This document shows positions 31,177-42,764 of a stretch of 64,000 bases of DNA, piece after piece. Numbering within the stretch: position 1 is the first letter of the stretch; each line of letters opens with the position of its first letter. Origin of the DNA: Candidatus Marinacidobacterales bacterium (GTDB lineage: Bacteria; Acidobacteriota; Vicinamibacteria; Marinacidobacterales; SMYC01); NCBI GenBank assembly GCA_965224085.1, contig CBDCYI010000004.1:512001-576000 (forward strand). Direction: 5' to 3'. The notes below the pieces were generated by a model. That model worked only from the letters and a program-made list of their open reading frames with translations, was not told the origin of the DNA and did no database searches. The translations under genes were made by a program, and so were the position numbers.

Positions 31177-31503
31177 ATGGAAACTATGTTTCAAGTGCTC
31201 GCCCAGCCACGGCGCGTGGAGATTCTCCGGCTGGTCAAGGACGACGAGCTCGCCGCGGGCGAGATCGCACAACGATTTGATGTCACTCGCCCGGCCATAT
31301 CGCAACACCTTCGAGTGCTACTGGATGCCGGGTTGATTTCTGTGCGCCGTGAAGGAACGAAGCGTTTGTATCGACTTCGCCCGGATGGTCTTGAACAGCT
31401 AGGCGACTTCCTGCGCGAATTCTGGTCTGGTCGTCTCGCCAAATTGAAGCGCGAAGCAGAAAGAGCCCATCGCCATGCCCGAAAACGACGCCGACAGCGT
31501 TGA
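31177..31503 (+). CDS. ArsR/SmtB family regulator
   Basis: LAQPRRVEIL, AGEIAQRFDVTRPAISQHLRVL. Confidence 0.92.
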   Translation: METMFQVLAQPRRVEILRLVKDDELAAGEIAQRFDVTRPAISQHLRVLLDAGLISVRREGTKRLYRLRPDGLEQLGDFLREFWSGRLAKLKREAERAHRHARKRRRQR

Positions 31504-31891
31504 GATCTCCGTTCACGTCGAGGCGCCGCGCGACATCGTGTTTAGCTTCCTCACTGATAGCGAAAAGCTAGTTCGCTGGTTGGCGGACAGTGTCCATGCG
31601 ACGGCTCAACCCGGGGGCACGCTTCGCATAGAGGCATCGGGCGGCGAAGTCATCTCGGGCGAGTTCGTCGAGATCGTTCCCATGGAAAAGGTCGTCTTTA
31701 CGTGGGGCTGGCAGTCCTCCTTCCCCAAAATCCCGCCCGGATCCACGACGGTGGAAATCACGCTGGAGCCAGACGGCGACGGGACTGTCATGCACCTGCG
31801 CCACTTTGGTCTCCCGACGGATACGACCGACAAACACAAGCAGGGTTGGATCAAGGCGTTCGAGCGACTGTCGGGGTGCTTTTCCGACTAA
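31475..31891 (+). CDS. SRPBCC/AHSA1 domain protein
   Basis: EAPRDIVFSFLTD..WL, VVFTWGW, HKQGW. Confidence 0.9.
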   Translation: MPENDADSVEISVHVEAPRDIVFSFLTDSEKLVRWLADSVHATAQPGGTLRIEASGGEVISGEFVEIVPMEKVVFTWGWQSSFPKIPPGSTTVEITLEPDGDGTVMHLRHFGLPTDTTDKHKQGWIKAFERLSGCFSD

Positions 31892-31951
31892 GCGGTACGC
31901 CTTGCCGGGCCTCCCGGCTTTCTGCAAGACTCTGGTAGACTGTCGCGGTTC

Positions 31952-32065
31952 CACATCGACACACACGCTGCGGAATTTCTGTTTCGGGAGAAAGTCTTTC
32001 GACTTCTACAAGAACACGACCTTCTCTCGGACGAACGCATCAAAATTCTTCGTTCATGGCGCCCT
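31952..32065 (+). mobile_element. IS91-family transposase remnant
   Basis: EFLFREKVFRLLQEHDLLSDERIKILRSWR. Confidence 0.55.
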
Positions 32066-32363
32066 TTAGGCATCGGCTTGCTGCGTCAAACCGCTTCCCG
32101 CGGAGCTGATCGCGGCGTCCGCGCGCCCTTCGATGAGCGTTTGCACACCGTCGCGTGCCTGTCCGTCCAAAGACGTTCTATTTGCAAGCGCCCGCCACGA
32201 ACTGTGTTAACCTGCCTGCGGCGAGCAATGCGTGCGTCCTTCGGATTACCTACTGCTACTCGCAGGTTTGTGCGCGCCTCATCGCGAGTTTGGCGGGCGA
32301 AAGCACCGGGGACGAGCCGGATGCCCAAGTTCTCGTAGAAATCCAGTCACTCGATTCCATTCC

Positions 32364-34153
32364 GTGAGGCGCCGCTCCGCTGCGTTCGCCATACTGGCAG
32401 TGATAGGGGGCTGCGTCGGGCCCGAAAGGATCTCTCTGCTCGAGCGCAGCGACGCCGAGGACGTCGAGCTTCTCGGGGATCTCAGAAAGTCGCTGGCTCC
32501 CGCCTTCCCGGCCGAGCTCGATTTCGCGGTCGACGTTCCACCCAACCCAAAGCTCACCTTTTCCGTCGCCGTCGCGACGCAAAAGCGCGTCGAGCGAGGT
32601 CGTGTCGACTTCCGCGTCCGTGTCGTCTCTGAAGGCTTTCCCGTCACCGTGTTTCGAAAATCTCTTCGCGTGGAGCAGCACAACCGCTGGTACGACGCGA
32701 CGTTGGACCTCGCCGCCTGGGCGGGCAAGCGCGCTACGCTCCGATTCGAAACGTTTCCGACGCGAGGGAACCGTTCGGCGCCGTGGGCCGATCGCATCCG
32801 CACGCTTTGGGGCTCGCCCGAGCTCGCGAGCGCCGAGCCCGTGGACCCCCCGAAAACCTCTCCGCCATCTTGATCGTTGCGGACACGCTTCGCTACGACT
32901 ACCTTGGTATCCACGGATTCGAAGGGAACATCTCGACGAACCTGGACTGGCTGGCACTCGAGTCGGTGCGCTTCGACCTAGCTTTCGCAGCCGCGCCGTG
33001 GACCAAGCCCTCGGTCGCTACTCTTCTTACCGGGCTCCACCCATCCACGCATGGCGTTCGCAATCATGGTGGCAGGATCGAGCTCGAGGCTACGGATACG
33101 CTCTCCGAACAGGCGCTCACCCTGGCAGAAGTGTTCCAGGAACATGGCTACGAGACGGCCGCCTTCGTGGGCAATTCGTGGCTGGCCCCTCCGTACGGGT
33201 TCGAACAGGGCTTCGACAGCTACGTCGTGGACGATCACGATGACCGGCTCGTCGCGAGCGCGGGGGAATGGCTCGCCTCGCGCGACACCCCTGCTCCCTA
33301 CTTCCTGTACCTTCACCTCATCGACGTGCACGGTCCCTACCGCGCGCCCGAGCGCGATTACCTCATCTTGCAGGACAGCTTGACGCTCGGAGCCGAAAGG
33401 CTCATCTCCCGCGACGACCCCAGCCGGCCTGGGCACCTCGAGGCGACCCCATGGGCGCACGCCGAAGAGAAGGATCGGCTGCGCCCGTGGAAAGCCAAGT
33501 ATGCTGCGACGGTGCGCCAGCTCGACCGCCGCCTCGGCGCATTGCTGGCAGAGCTTCGTGGGTCGGGAGAGCTCGACCGCGCGATCGTCGTGTTCACGTC
33601 GGATCACGGCGAGGAGTTCCTCGAGCACGAGAGCTGGGAGCACGGCTACCGGCTCTGCGATCACCAGCTCCACGTCCCGCTGTGGTTTCGCGTGCCCGGA
33701 GCTCGGTCCGCGGGTCGGCGCGTGTCAGAAATCACGAGCCTCCTCGACGTGATGCCGACGCTTTTGGGTGCGAGCTCCCTGCCGGTACACGAGCTCGTAC
33801 AAGGCGAGGACCGATCGCGGTGGCTGGCATCCTCGCTGCTCGATGCCGCGGAAAGGAAGATCGCACTCGCGTCGGGCATGAAGCACCGCCCAGAGGTCCA
33901 CTCTCTCAGGACGGACCGTTACCACCTCCTGTGGGATGAGGCGTCGGATGAAGTCGAGCTCTTCGACACGCGAGACGACCCCGCAGAGCTTCGCAACATC
34001 GCCGGGACCCACGCCGCGCTCACGTCACGTCTCACAACGCTCCTGCAATCGGAATTGGAGCAGATCGAAGACGCCGGTACTCTGGACACCGAAGTCGTGC
34101 CGATTCCAGAAGAGCTCCGCGGGCGCTTGCGCGCCCTCGGCTACGTTCCGTGA
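32364..34153 (+). pseudogene. Sulfatase-like hydrolase with N-terminal beta-sandwich domain; frameshift near 32860
   Basis: LIVADTLRYD, APWTKPSVATLLTG, HLIDVHGPY, TSDHGEEF, LRALGY. Confidence 0.85.
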
Positions 34154-34429
34154 AAGACCCGTCCTTCGTTCTGGCACTCGAACGTCAACGTCGTCGCCGT
34201 CCCCGTCGAGCCGTATGCGAACCGTGGAGCCGTGCTTGCAATCATGCTGTGAAACATCAGACGGTCCTGTCCACCGTATCTTTCACCGTGCGATTGCGAA
34301 GCTTTGAGTTTTGTCCGTCTACCTAGTACAGATATCGACCGCGAAAGCCCTCTTCGAGGCGGTGGCGGCCGGTGGCGCGTCGCGTCGGGTCTGCCACCAC
34401 GGTCAGTCCGCACGAAAACGGAGGTTTGG

Positions 34430-35060
34430 ATGATATGTCGAAAACGGGTGGCCTATTCGCTTCTCACTCTTTTTCTTGCGTCGGTCTCGGCGCTTCCTGC
34501 CCAGGAGGTCCCGCCCCGCGTTTGCGTCTTGGACAGCAAACCAACCGCGGTCAGCGCGGTTTCGCTCGAAACCGGCCAAGTTCTCGCTACGGTGCCGGTC
34601 GAGGGCAAGCCTTGGGGCATGATCATAAGCCCCGACGGGCGTCGGGTCATCGTGCTAGACAAAGAAAAAGGTAAACAAACGGTCCGCTTCGGCTATCACC
34701 CCAAGGCCAAGTCCATCTCTACTATTATTGATACGGCGACGATGAAGGTTGTCGCGAGCACCGAGTTGGGATGGTCGGTGAGCACGGGCACCGTCTGGGA
34801 CCGCCAAGGGTTCGGCGGCAGCTGGATTTTCAGCCAAGATGCTCGCTATCTGACGATTGCTTGCTTCGGATATCGGTCTCAGAAGCCAAAGGAGACGCTT
34901 CCGGCCGAGCTCGTGAAGTTGGATCTCCAGACCGGCGATGTGGTGAGTCGCTTTCGGGCGGAGAGGCCAATCGAAGCGATGATCACGACCCGCGACGCTT
35001 CATTGGCCGTCGTCTATGCGGCGCGAAGAGAAGGAAAGAAAAACCAGCCGACACTGTCCG
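34430..35060 (+). pseudogene. Secreted YncE-like beta-propeller protein, 3' truncated
   Basis: GGAGG RBS, signal peptide, SPDGRRV; the frame runs into the antisense of the next gene. Confidence 0.6.
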
Positions 35061-35109
35061 AGTCGCCGACGTTCACTACGGGAGCGCAAGCCCGCTTTCA
35101 CAATCGGCG

Positions 35110-35631
35110 TCAGAACGCGTACCCGAAGTTCACGAAACGCACCCGAGGAAATATGGCTGAGCCACTGACGCCGCCAAAGAGGCGAGTGACTCCGGCGCCC
35201 ATTCCCAGGTACCAGTTCTTGTTGGCGCCCATCAACCATGTGTAGCCGAGCTCGACCCCAACCCCGAAGAACGTTCCGTTGTCGTCGTGATCGTTCAGGT
35301 AGTAGACGCCTGTCCGCCCACCGATATAGAACCCTTTGAAGGCGATGCCTTGTGGGTACAGGCGAAAGATCGCATTACCCGTGGCAAGGCTTCCACCGTC
35401 GGGAGTCGCGTAGCTCGTGGTGAAACCGAGCGTGGCGTTTGCACGAAACTTGCGTTCGTACTCGACGTTGAACCACTCAAAAACAAAGCCGAACGGGTTG
35501 GCGGTGATCAGGTTTTCGTGCGATGCCGCGGCATCGGTTTCGGATTCCTGAGGTTGGTGGGCACTAGTCCCGGCGGGAATAAGGATCGCGACAGCAAGGA
35601 GCCATGCAAGGAAATTCCAGTTTCTTTTCAT
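35110..35631 (-). CDS. Small outer-membrane beta-barrel (DUF3575-like)
   Basis: Signal peptide, ANPF, NVEYER, GVELGYTW, terminal NFGYAF. Confidence 0.75.
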   Translation of the reverse strand: MKRNWNFLAWLLAVAILIPAGTSAHQPQESETDAAASHENLITANPFGFVFEWFNVEYERKFRANATLGFTTSYATPDGGSLATGNAIFRLYPQGIAFKGFYIGGRTGVYYLNDHDDNGTFFGVGVELGYTWLMGANKNWYLGMGAGVTRLFGGVSGSAIFPRVRFVNFGYAF

Positions 35632-35913
35632 CGGTCGTCTCCTCTTGGGATTCTTCTTTCCATTGCCTCCCTTCCGAAAGGGAGGGAAGACCCCCGGGCA
35701 ATTCTAAACATCGCAATTCACGTGCCAGCGACGACGACTGAGCGAGCCGCGTCCCGAAGGGACTAGCGGATTAAGCGGCGGGCTGCAGAGTGGCTTTTAG
35801 GTGGTGTGTGTACCCAAAACGGGACAGCCGACCCGCCGCACCCGATCTAATCCCTCGTCATGTGCCGACGTGGTCGGCTGCTCCACCAAAGCCGCGCAGA
35901 GCGTGGCGCGAGG

Positions 35914-36160
35914 TCAACGCGCGTTTACGACCCCGCTCATGATCAGGCGAGCGGTACGTCCGACGCGCGCGCTCACGACATGCGCACCATCCATCTTAAC
36001 GTTGACATCCATGACACCGTAGGGATGCGCGATGCGAACGTCCCCGCTCGCCGCGCTCGGTACTATCGTCCCAGGGAGGCTCGCCGCTGCCGCGGTACAC
36101 ACTGCGACCATCACCGCGTATGAGCGGTGCGCCGTGCGCATCGACATCATGCGCGCTTAT
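35914..36160 (-). pseudogene. PrpF/FldA family isomerase C-terminal remnant
   Basis: MSMRTAHRSYA, LPGTI, IAHPYG, RTARLIMSG. Confidence 0.75.
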
Positions 36161-36238
36161 ACCGCGTGGCCTCGAGCCCCCTCCTTCCCGCCGCGGCTCG
36201 TGCCCCCACGATAGAGCCGGCATAAAACCTCCATAGGC

Positions 36239-37429
36239 CTAATGCCGGCGGATCGGAAATTTCTGCATCGTAGCGATCTCGGCGAGGCTTTGCCGGATCA
36301 ACGTCTCGAGCTCGCGCGGCGGATCGTGGTCGAGAGCGTCTACGAAATGTTGGTAGGCCGCCGTCGGCTCGCCCAACTCATGGAGTTGAACGAGCCCAGC
36401 GCCCGCATGTGCTTCCGCGAGACCGGGGCCGCGCGGATAGTCTCGCAAATGGCGTTGATGCACAGTGAGGGCCCCGCGCGCATGTCCATTCTTCGACATC
36501 CAGTTCGCCAGCGAGAGCGAAACTTTCGGCGCAAGAATCCTGCGGGTCCGGATCGACGGTAGATCGAAGTAAAGCTCTGCGGCACTCTCGAACTTCCCTT
36601 GCCCAACGGCCGCGGTAATCGCCTCGCCCATGGAGCGCGGCCTGTTGCTCGACGAAGGATGCTCCTCACGGTACTCTCGCGGTCGCGCCGTCATCTCGCG
36701 CCGATTCAGAAACAAGGCCACGACCACACCCACGAGAAATCCGCCAATATGCGCGCCGTGCGCTACGCCCGAGCCCTGCCCCACCGTCGCAAGGAACGGA
36801 AGAATATTGCTTACGACGATGTAAAAGCCCAGCACCCAGCGTGCCGGAAGCATGACCACGCGAATGAAGTAGAACAGAAAGATGAGCACGCGCACCTGAT
36901 TGTGCGGAAACCACACGAAGTAGATGCCGAGAATGCCCGAGATCGCCCCGGATGCCCCGACGAGCGGGATGGGCGAATCACTCGCGAAGGCCGCGTGGAA
37001 CAAAGTCGCCGCCGCTCCCGAGACCAAATACCACACGACATAGCCGACCGCTCCGAGCCGGTGCTCGACGTTGTCTCCGTAGATCCAGAGAAAGAGCATA
37101 TTCCCGAACAGATGCATGAACCCACCATGCATGAACATCGACGTGAAAAGGGTCACGATCGACGGGTCGGAGGGCCGGTAGCCATATTCGAATACCAACA
37201 GATCGTAAGCGGTCAACTGCGGCGCGACCTGCTCCATGGGCACGTTGGGCGGGAGATTCTGGCGAATGGCGCTCAGATATTCTTGAACCCTCGGATCCGC
37301 TGGATCCGCAAGCTGATCGGTCAACGGCAGAAACGTAAGCGCGAAGACGGCGACGTTCAAACCGATGAACACGTAGGTCAGAAACGGTGTGCCACGCGGA
37401 TTCGGCTGGTCTCCGATGGGAAGGAACAT
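36239..37429 (-). CDS. Rhomboid family intramembrane serine protease with C-terminal TPR-like region
   Basis: TSMFMHGGFMHLFGNM, VGASGAI, AHGAHIGGF. Confidence 0.93.
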   Translation of the reverse strand: MFLPIGDQPNPRGTPFLTYVFIGLNVAVFALTFLPLTDQLADPADPRVQEYLSAIRQNLPPNVPMEQVAPQLTAYDLLVFEYGYRPSDPSIVTLFTSMFMHGGFMHLFGNMLFLWIYGDNVEHRLGAVGYVVWYLVSGAAATLFHAAFASDSPIPLVGASGAISGILGIYFVWFPHNQVRVLIFLFYFIRVVMLPARWVLGFYIVVSNILPFLATVGQGSGVAHGAHIGGFLVGVVVALFLNRREMTARPREYREEHPSSSNRPRSMGEAITAAVGQGKFESAAELYFDLPSIRTRRILAPKVSLSLANWMSKNGHARGALTVHQRHLRDYPRGPGLAEAHAGAGLVQLHELGEPTAAYQHFVDALDHDPPRELETLIRQSLAEIATMQKFPIRRH

Positions 37430-37474
37430 GGAAGGGCAATATACCGCATCGGTAGGTGGCGCGGAGTCTTGGAG

Positions 37475-37513
37475 AAGAAAAAAGAGGGGCCGGCGAGGGC
37501 ACCGCCGCCCTCT
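37475..37513 (-). terminator. Rho-independent terminator
   Basis: AGAGGG..CGGCG/CGCCG..CCCTCT stem followed by a T-tract on the minus strand. Confidence 0.55.
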
Positions 37514-37941
37514 GCTAGAGCCTCTCTCCAATCGAGAACCCGCAACTCTAATCGATCGGAGTCCGAGGCCCGCCGCTCGCCACGCGTTTCCTTCGGGGGC
37601 ACCGACGCGCAGCACACGTAGAAGGGCGCCGGGCTGCACCTGGAAGGCTAAGCATCGATTCCTGGACGACGACCGTCGATACGATGCCGGCAACGGCTAA
37701 CGCGTTGGAAGCTCCAAAGGCAAGACTGCGTTAGTGTTCCGTTGCGGTTACCGCCAATAATGGCGAGTGATCATCTCGACAGAGGCCGCCCATGGGCACG
37801 CCCGGCAACCTTCAACGGCCCTATTAATACCTCTATTCGGCGCATGTGTAAACCCGAAAATTTCCCGGGTTTGAGAACAGGTTGCCGGCTTGGCGCGTGA
37901 ACACGTATACAATAACAGCACTCGTTTGGGAGGCATTTTTG

Positions 37942-39561
37942 ATGAATACACGGGTATTTTCCTTTTTTTTCGCAGTGGCTTTGGTCTTCGCCCTCGTGGC
38001 TCCGTCTATTTCGCAGGAGCGCGAGCCGGTCCTTCCGGCGCCCGACCGGAACGGCCAGGGCGATGGACCGCACGAGCGCCTCATCCTTCGCGGCGGCATC
38101 GTCATCGACGGCACGGGCGCGCCGCCCGCGGGCCCGCAGGATATCGTCATCGAAGGCAACCGCATCGTAGAGATCAAGAGCGTCGGAACGCCTTTCATCG
38201 AGATCGACGAGTCGAAGCGACCTACGGATGCGACGAAGGAGATCGACGTCTCGGGAATGTATGTCATGCCCGGTTTCGTGGACCTCCATACGCACACGGG
38301 CGGTGTCCCCAAAGCTCCGGAGGCGGAGTACGTTTACAAGCTCTGGATGGCCCACGGCGTCACGACGACGCGAGACGCCGGCGCCGGCGCACGGAGCTTC
38401 GTCCTTAGCGAGAAAGAGCGGAGCGCCAAGAACGAAATCGTAGCCCCTCGCATTTTCGCTTACGCACGTCCCGGCACGGGCACCGGTTGGGAGGGCGGGT
38501 CCATCCAAACCGCTGAAAAAGCCCGTGAGTGGGTGCGCTGGGGCGCAGCCCAAGGGATCGACGGCCTCAAGCTCGGCGCCTACGACCCCCACATCATGGA
38601 AGCGCTCATCGACGAGGCAAAAAAAAAAGGTCTCGGCACCATGGCTCATCTCGGACAAAACGGCGTTGCCCGTATGAATCTTCTCGACGCGGCGCGCCTC
38701 GGCCTCGGGACCCAGACGCACTTTTACGGGCTTTTCGAAGCCCTCCTCAAAGATCACTACGTCCAGGATTGGCCCGTCGACCAGAATCAGAACGACGAGC
38801 AGCACCGCTTCGGTCAAGTCGCCCGCCTCTGGGATCAAATCCATCCGCGCGGGAGCGAGCGCTGGACGGGACTCATCGACGAGCTCGTCGAGCTCGGCCT
38901 TACGATCGATCCGACGATGACGATTTATGCCGCCGGCCGGAACGTCATGGCCGCGCGCAACGCCGACTGGCACGAGAAATATACACTTCCGTCACAGTGG
39001 GAATTCTTCCAGCCGAACCGCCGCAGCCACGGCGCCTATTGGTTCTATTGGACGAGCCATGACGAGATCGCGTGGCGCAACTTCTATCAGGTGTGGATGC
39101 AGTTTCTAAACGACTACAAAAATGCGGGCGGTCGCGTGACCACGGGCTCCGATTCTGGCTTCATCTACAAGCTCTACGGATTCGCCTATATCGAGGAGTT
39201 CGAGCTTTTGCAGGAAGCCGGCTTCCATCCTCTCGAGGTCGTGCGCTCCGCCACACTCAACGGCGCTCTGACCTTGCACGAGCCCAAAGGCACTCCGATC
39301 GAGTTCGGGATCCTCCGACCCGGCCTTCTCGCAGACCTCGTCGTCGTGGAGGAGAATCCGATCGAGAACTTCAAAGTCCTGTACGGGACCGGAGCGGTAC
39401 GCCTAAACGACGATACCGGCGAGGTCGAGCGTGTCGGCGGCATCAAGTACACGATCAAAGACGGCATCGTCTATGACGCCAAGGAGCTCCTCGCAGACGT
39501 CGTCCGCATGGTCGAACAGGCCAAACGAGCGCGGATGGGTCCAACTACCAACGAGAACTAG
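37942..39561 (+). CDS. Secreted amidohydrolase family protein
   Basis: GGAGG RBS, signal peptide, MPGFVDLHTH, GVTTTRD, TGSDSG, GLLADLVVV. Confidence 0.92.
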   Translation: MNTRVFSFFFAVALVFALVAPSISQEREPVLPAPDRNGQGDGPHERLILRGGIVIDGTGAPPAGPQDIVIEGNRIVEIKSVGTPFIEIDESKRPTDATKEIDVSGMYVMPGFVDLHTHTGGVPKAPEAEYVYKLWMAHGVTTTRDAGAGARSFVLSEKERSAKNEIVAPRIFAYARPGTGTGWEGGSIQTAEKAREWVRWGAAQGIDGLKLGAYDPHIMEALIDEAKKKGLGTMAHLGQNGVARMNLLDAARLGLGTQTHFYGLFEALLKDHYVQDWPVDQNQNDEQHRFGQVARLWDQIHPRGSERWTGLIDELVELGLTIDPTMTIYAAGRNVMAARNADWHEKYTLPSQWEFFQPNRRSHGAYWFYWTSHDEIAWRNFYQVWMQFLNDYKNAGGRVTTGSDSGFIYKLYGFAYIEEFELLQEAGFHPLEVVRSATLNGALTLHEPKGTPIEFGILRPGLLADLVVVEENPIENFKVLYGTGAVRLNDDTGEVERVGGIKYTIKDGIVYDAKELLADVVRMVEQAKRARMGPTTNEN

Positions 39562-39716
39562 GCCTAGACAACGTCGGGCGGTTGAATTGAAAGCCTTGGT
39601 TGGGATATAAAGGGTTCAACATTCCCCGGAAGGTGAACAGGAGTTTATAGCGTCTTCGAGCTAGTACGTTCGAGCCGAATCGAGACCCGTGCCGGGGGTA
39701 TGCCGAGGAGGCACTC

Positions 39717-40151
39717 ATGGACCTACTCAGGATTGCGCGCGTTCCGCCTGTCACGATCGGGTCGCGCGCGACCGTCCTCGACGCCGTCAAGCGGATGTCT
39801 GACGCGGGTGCGGGCGCGGTGGTCATCGTCGACGACGACCGAGCCATAGGCATTTTCACCGCGAGCGATTTACTGCGCCGTGTGGTGGCGAAAGGCCGCA
39901 AGCTCGAGAAAACCCGCCTGTCGGAAGTCGCGACGTTCCCGCTGACGGTCGCGCAGGCCGATACCGACTGCGAAGATGCACTACAGTTGATGGTCGAAAA
40001 CCACATCCGGCACTTGCCGATCGTCGACCAGAATGCCCGGGTACGGGGTATGCTCTCGACCCGCCATCTGCTGCGAAATATGGTCGACGACATGTCGCAG
40101 GAGCTCACGTCGCTCAGCGCCTACTTCACCGCCGATGGGATCGGAGGCTAA
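39717..40151 (+). CDS. CBS domain protein
   Basis: GAVVIVD..GIFT.SD, MVENHIRHLPIVD. Confidence 0.9.
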   Translation: MDLLRIARVPPVTIGSRATVLDAVKRMSDAGAGAVVIVDDDRAIGIFTASDLLRRVVAKGRKLEKTRLSEVATFPLTVAQADTDCEDALQLMVENHIRHLPIVDQNARVRGMLSTRHLLRNMVDDMSQELTSLSAYFTADGIGG

Positions 40152-40168
40152 GGCCGCCGATGGGATGC

Positions 40169-40622
40169 TCACGCGAGCGCGGCCGCTACAGCAGGCGGCA
40201 AGAGTTCCACTACATCGCCTTCGATCCTCAGCGTGAGCGCGCTGTGTCCGTCGTGGTCGGTGACGCCGCGGTTGATCACCACATAGGGCGTACCGCGCGC
40301 CGCGGCCGCGAGCGGGAATCCCGCGGCCGGATAGACCGATAGCGTCGAGCCGAGTGCTACGACGAGGTCCGCCCCCCCAGCGCTCTCTGTCGCCCGATGT
40401 AGATCTTCCTGCCGTAGGTTCTGGCCAAAGCTAATCGTCGCGGGCTTCAAGTAGCCTCCACAACCACAATCTGGAGCCACCCGAGTCTCGGCGAACGTCT
40501 TCATGTGTGCATCGGGATCGGTAAGCTCGTGACAGCTCATGCACTCGATCGCCCCGTTCGTCCCGTGGATCTCGACGAGCGTTTCGGCGGACGTGCCCGC
40601 GCGCGTGTGCAGGCCGTCGACG
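40169..40622 (-). pseudogene. Sir2/CobB NAD-dependent deacylase, 5' deleted
   Basis: VDGLH, EIHGT, CMSC...CGC, LKPATISFGQ, GSTLSVYPAA, INRG. Confidence 0.88.
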
Positions 40623-41082
40623 TCGGTTCTCTCTTGCGCCCAGAGGCTCTTCACAACGCTCGGGCCAAATATGCGGCGGGCGAGATTTCACACGACGATC
40701 TTCGCGCGGTGGAAGACGAGAGCATCCGCGGCGCGGTCGCGATGTAGGAAGAGCTCGGATTCCAGGGCGTCACGGATGGCGAGCACCGCCGCACGATGTT
40801 CCATACCGATTTCTTGAAGCGCTTCGAAGGGGTAGCCGTGCGCGGCGGTTTGCCCGTGAAGTTCAAGAGCAAGACCAAAGTCATGGAGTTCTCGCCGCCC
40901 CGGCTCGAGGTCACCGGAAAACTGAAGCGCGCCAAGGGCGTCGCGACGGAGGAGTTCGCGTTCCTGAGCTCCGTGACCCGCCGAACAGCAAAGCTCTCTA
41001 TCCCGTCGCCGACGATGCTGCACTTTCGTGGTGGCCGCAAAGGCGTCGACGAAAACGCCTATCCGGAGATGGAACCGTTTTT
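40620..41082 (+). pseudogene. Second MetE-family (YxjH-like) gene remnant with TAG at 40745 and 3' truncation
   Basis: VGSLLRP...AM*EELG..VTDGEHRR...KLSIPSPTMLHFRGGR. Confidence 0.85.
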
Positions 41083-41328
41083 TATGAGAGACGATCAGCA
41101 GCACGTCCTTCGTCGGATTCACGTTCGTGATCGGCACGGCCGACGGTGAGCTCTTTCGGATCACGACAACGATCGATTCCGGGAGCGTGGCATCACGCTG
41201 ATGCTTCTCCAGGGATTTCTTCTGCTCGCCGACGGCCCGCTCGAGTGGAAAGGCGCCTGGGAGAGCTCGAAGCGCTACCGGCAACATATTCCCGACTTCG
41301 GAACCTGTGTTAGCATCGTGCGAGTGAC

Positions 41329-42764
41329 ATGAGGATCTTGCTCTCGCCCGCCTACCAGTTGGAGCTCGATCCCAAGCAAGCTAAGAACCTAGAGCCCTAC
41401 CCGCCTCTCGGAACCCTCTACGCGGCAGCACGGCTTCGCCTCGACGGGCACGACGTCGAGCTCTCGGACTCCATGTTGGCTCAAGGGCTCGAGGAGTACC
41501 GGCGCGATCTCGATCGCTTCGCGCCGGATGTCGTCGCGATTTACGAGGACGACTTCAACTATCTCTCGAAGATGTGCCTCACCAATATGCGTGACCGAGC
41601 GTTCGAGAAAGCCCGCCTTGCCAAAGAGCGGCACGCGTTCGTCGCCGTCCATGGCTCCGATGTCGTGGACCATGTCGAGGACTATCTCGAAGGACCCGCC
41701 GATGCCGCGATCCTCGGCGAGGGCGAGGAGACCCTCGCCGAGCTCGTGCGAGAGCTTGCCGGTTCTAGCTCGAAAGAGCTCTTAAGCGTCGCAGGGCTGG
41801 CCTTCGTCGCCGATGGCGAGCTCGTGCGCACGACGCCGAGAGGGTTTGTCCGCGATCTCGACGAGGTCCCGTTCCCTGCCTGGGATCTCGTGGATATTCC
41901 GCGATACCGGGACGCCTGGCACGACGGCTTCTCCGTCAACATGGTCACGACCCGAGGATGTCCGTACCACTGCAACTGGTGCGCGAAGCCCATCTACGGA
42001 CAACGTTACGCCGTGCAACACCCGCGAACGTCGCGAAGGAGATCGATTGGCTCCGGAAGCTCGCGCGCCCGGATCACATCTGGTTCGCCGACGACATTTT
42101 CGGCCTCAAGCCAGGATGGATCGAGGAACTCGCCGCCGAAGTCGAATCACGCAACTCGATCACACCTTTCAAGGTCCAGGCTCGCGCGGATCTGATCGAC
42201 GATCGCGTCGCAGCGGCACTTCGAAGAGCCGGCTGTGAGAACGTCTGGCTCGGCGCGGAGAGCGGCTCCCAGAAAGTCCTCGACGCGATGGAAAAGGGGA
42301 TTCGCGTCGATCAGATTCTTCAAGCCGCGGCGCAGCTCAAGGCTCATGGGATTCGAGTCTCGTTCTTCTTGCAATTCGGTTATCCCGGTGAGGAATGGAG
42401 CGATATCGAAGAGACGATGGAGATGGTCAAAAAGGCCCGGCCAGACGATATCGGTATCTCGGTGAGCTACCCGCTGCCGGGAACACCTTTCTACGCCCGG
42501 GTGCAGCAGGACCTCGCACAAAAGTCCAACTGGGCCCACAGCGACGATCTCGACATGATGTTTCGCGGAACCTTCACCCCCGATTTTTATCGCGCTCTCT
42601 ATAAGCTGGTTCACAGTGAGTTCCGGTTGCTGCGTGCCCTTCGAACACTTCCCCGTCCCACGAGTGTCTTGAGGGTCGTTCGAAATCTAGCACGCTTCAT
42701 CCCAGCCCGTGCCGCGGTTCACACGCTGTCGAGGCGGCGGAATCCCGCGCTCCATGCGAGCTGA
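41329..42764 (+). pseudogene. B12-binding radical SAM protein; single frameshift near 42020
   Basis: YPPLGTLYAAA, GEGE, TRGCPYHCNWC, WFADDIF, GAESGS, GYPGE, YPLPGT. Confidence 0.88.

Noticed and set aside
35775-35839. tRNA or riboswitch in the GCGGCGGG/CCCGCCGC stem
   Set aside because: No T-loop, cloverleaf or recognisable aptamer motif; at most a terminator-like hairpin.
40745-40747. In-frame TAG in the second MetE gene as pyrrolysine or recoding
   Set aside because: It falls at a Gln (CAG to TAG) in a gene that is also truncated; TAG is used as a normal stop elsewhere in the window.
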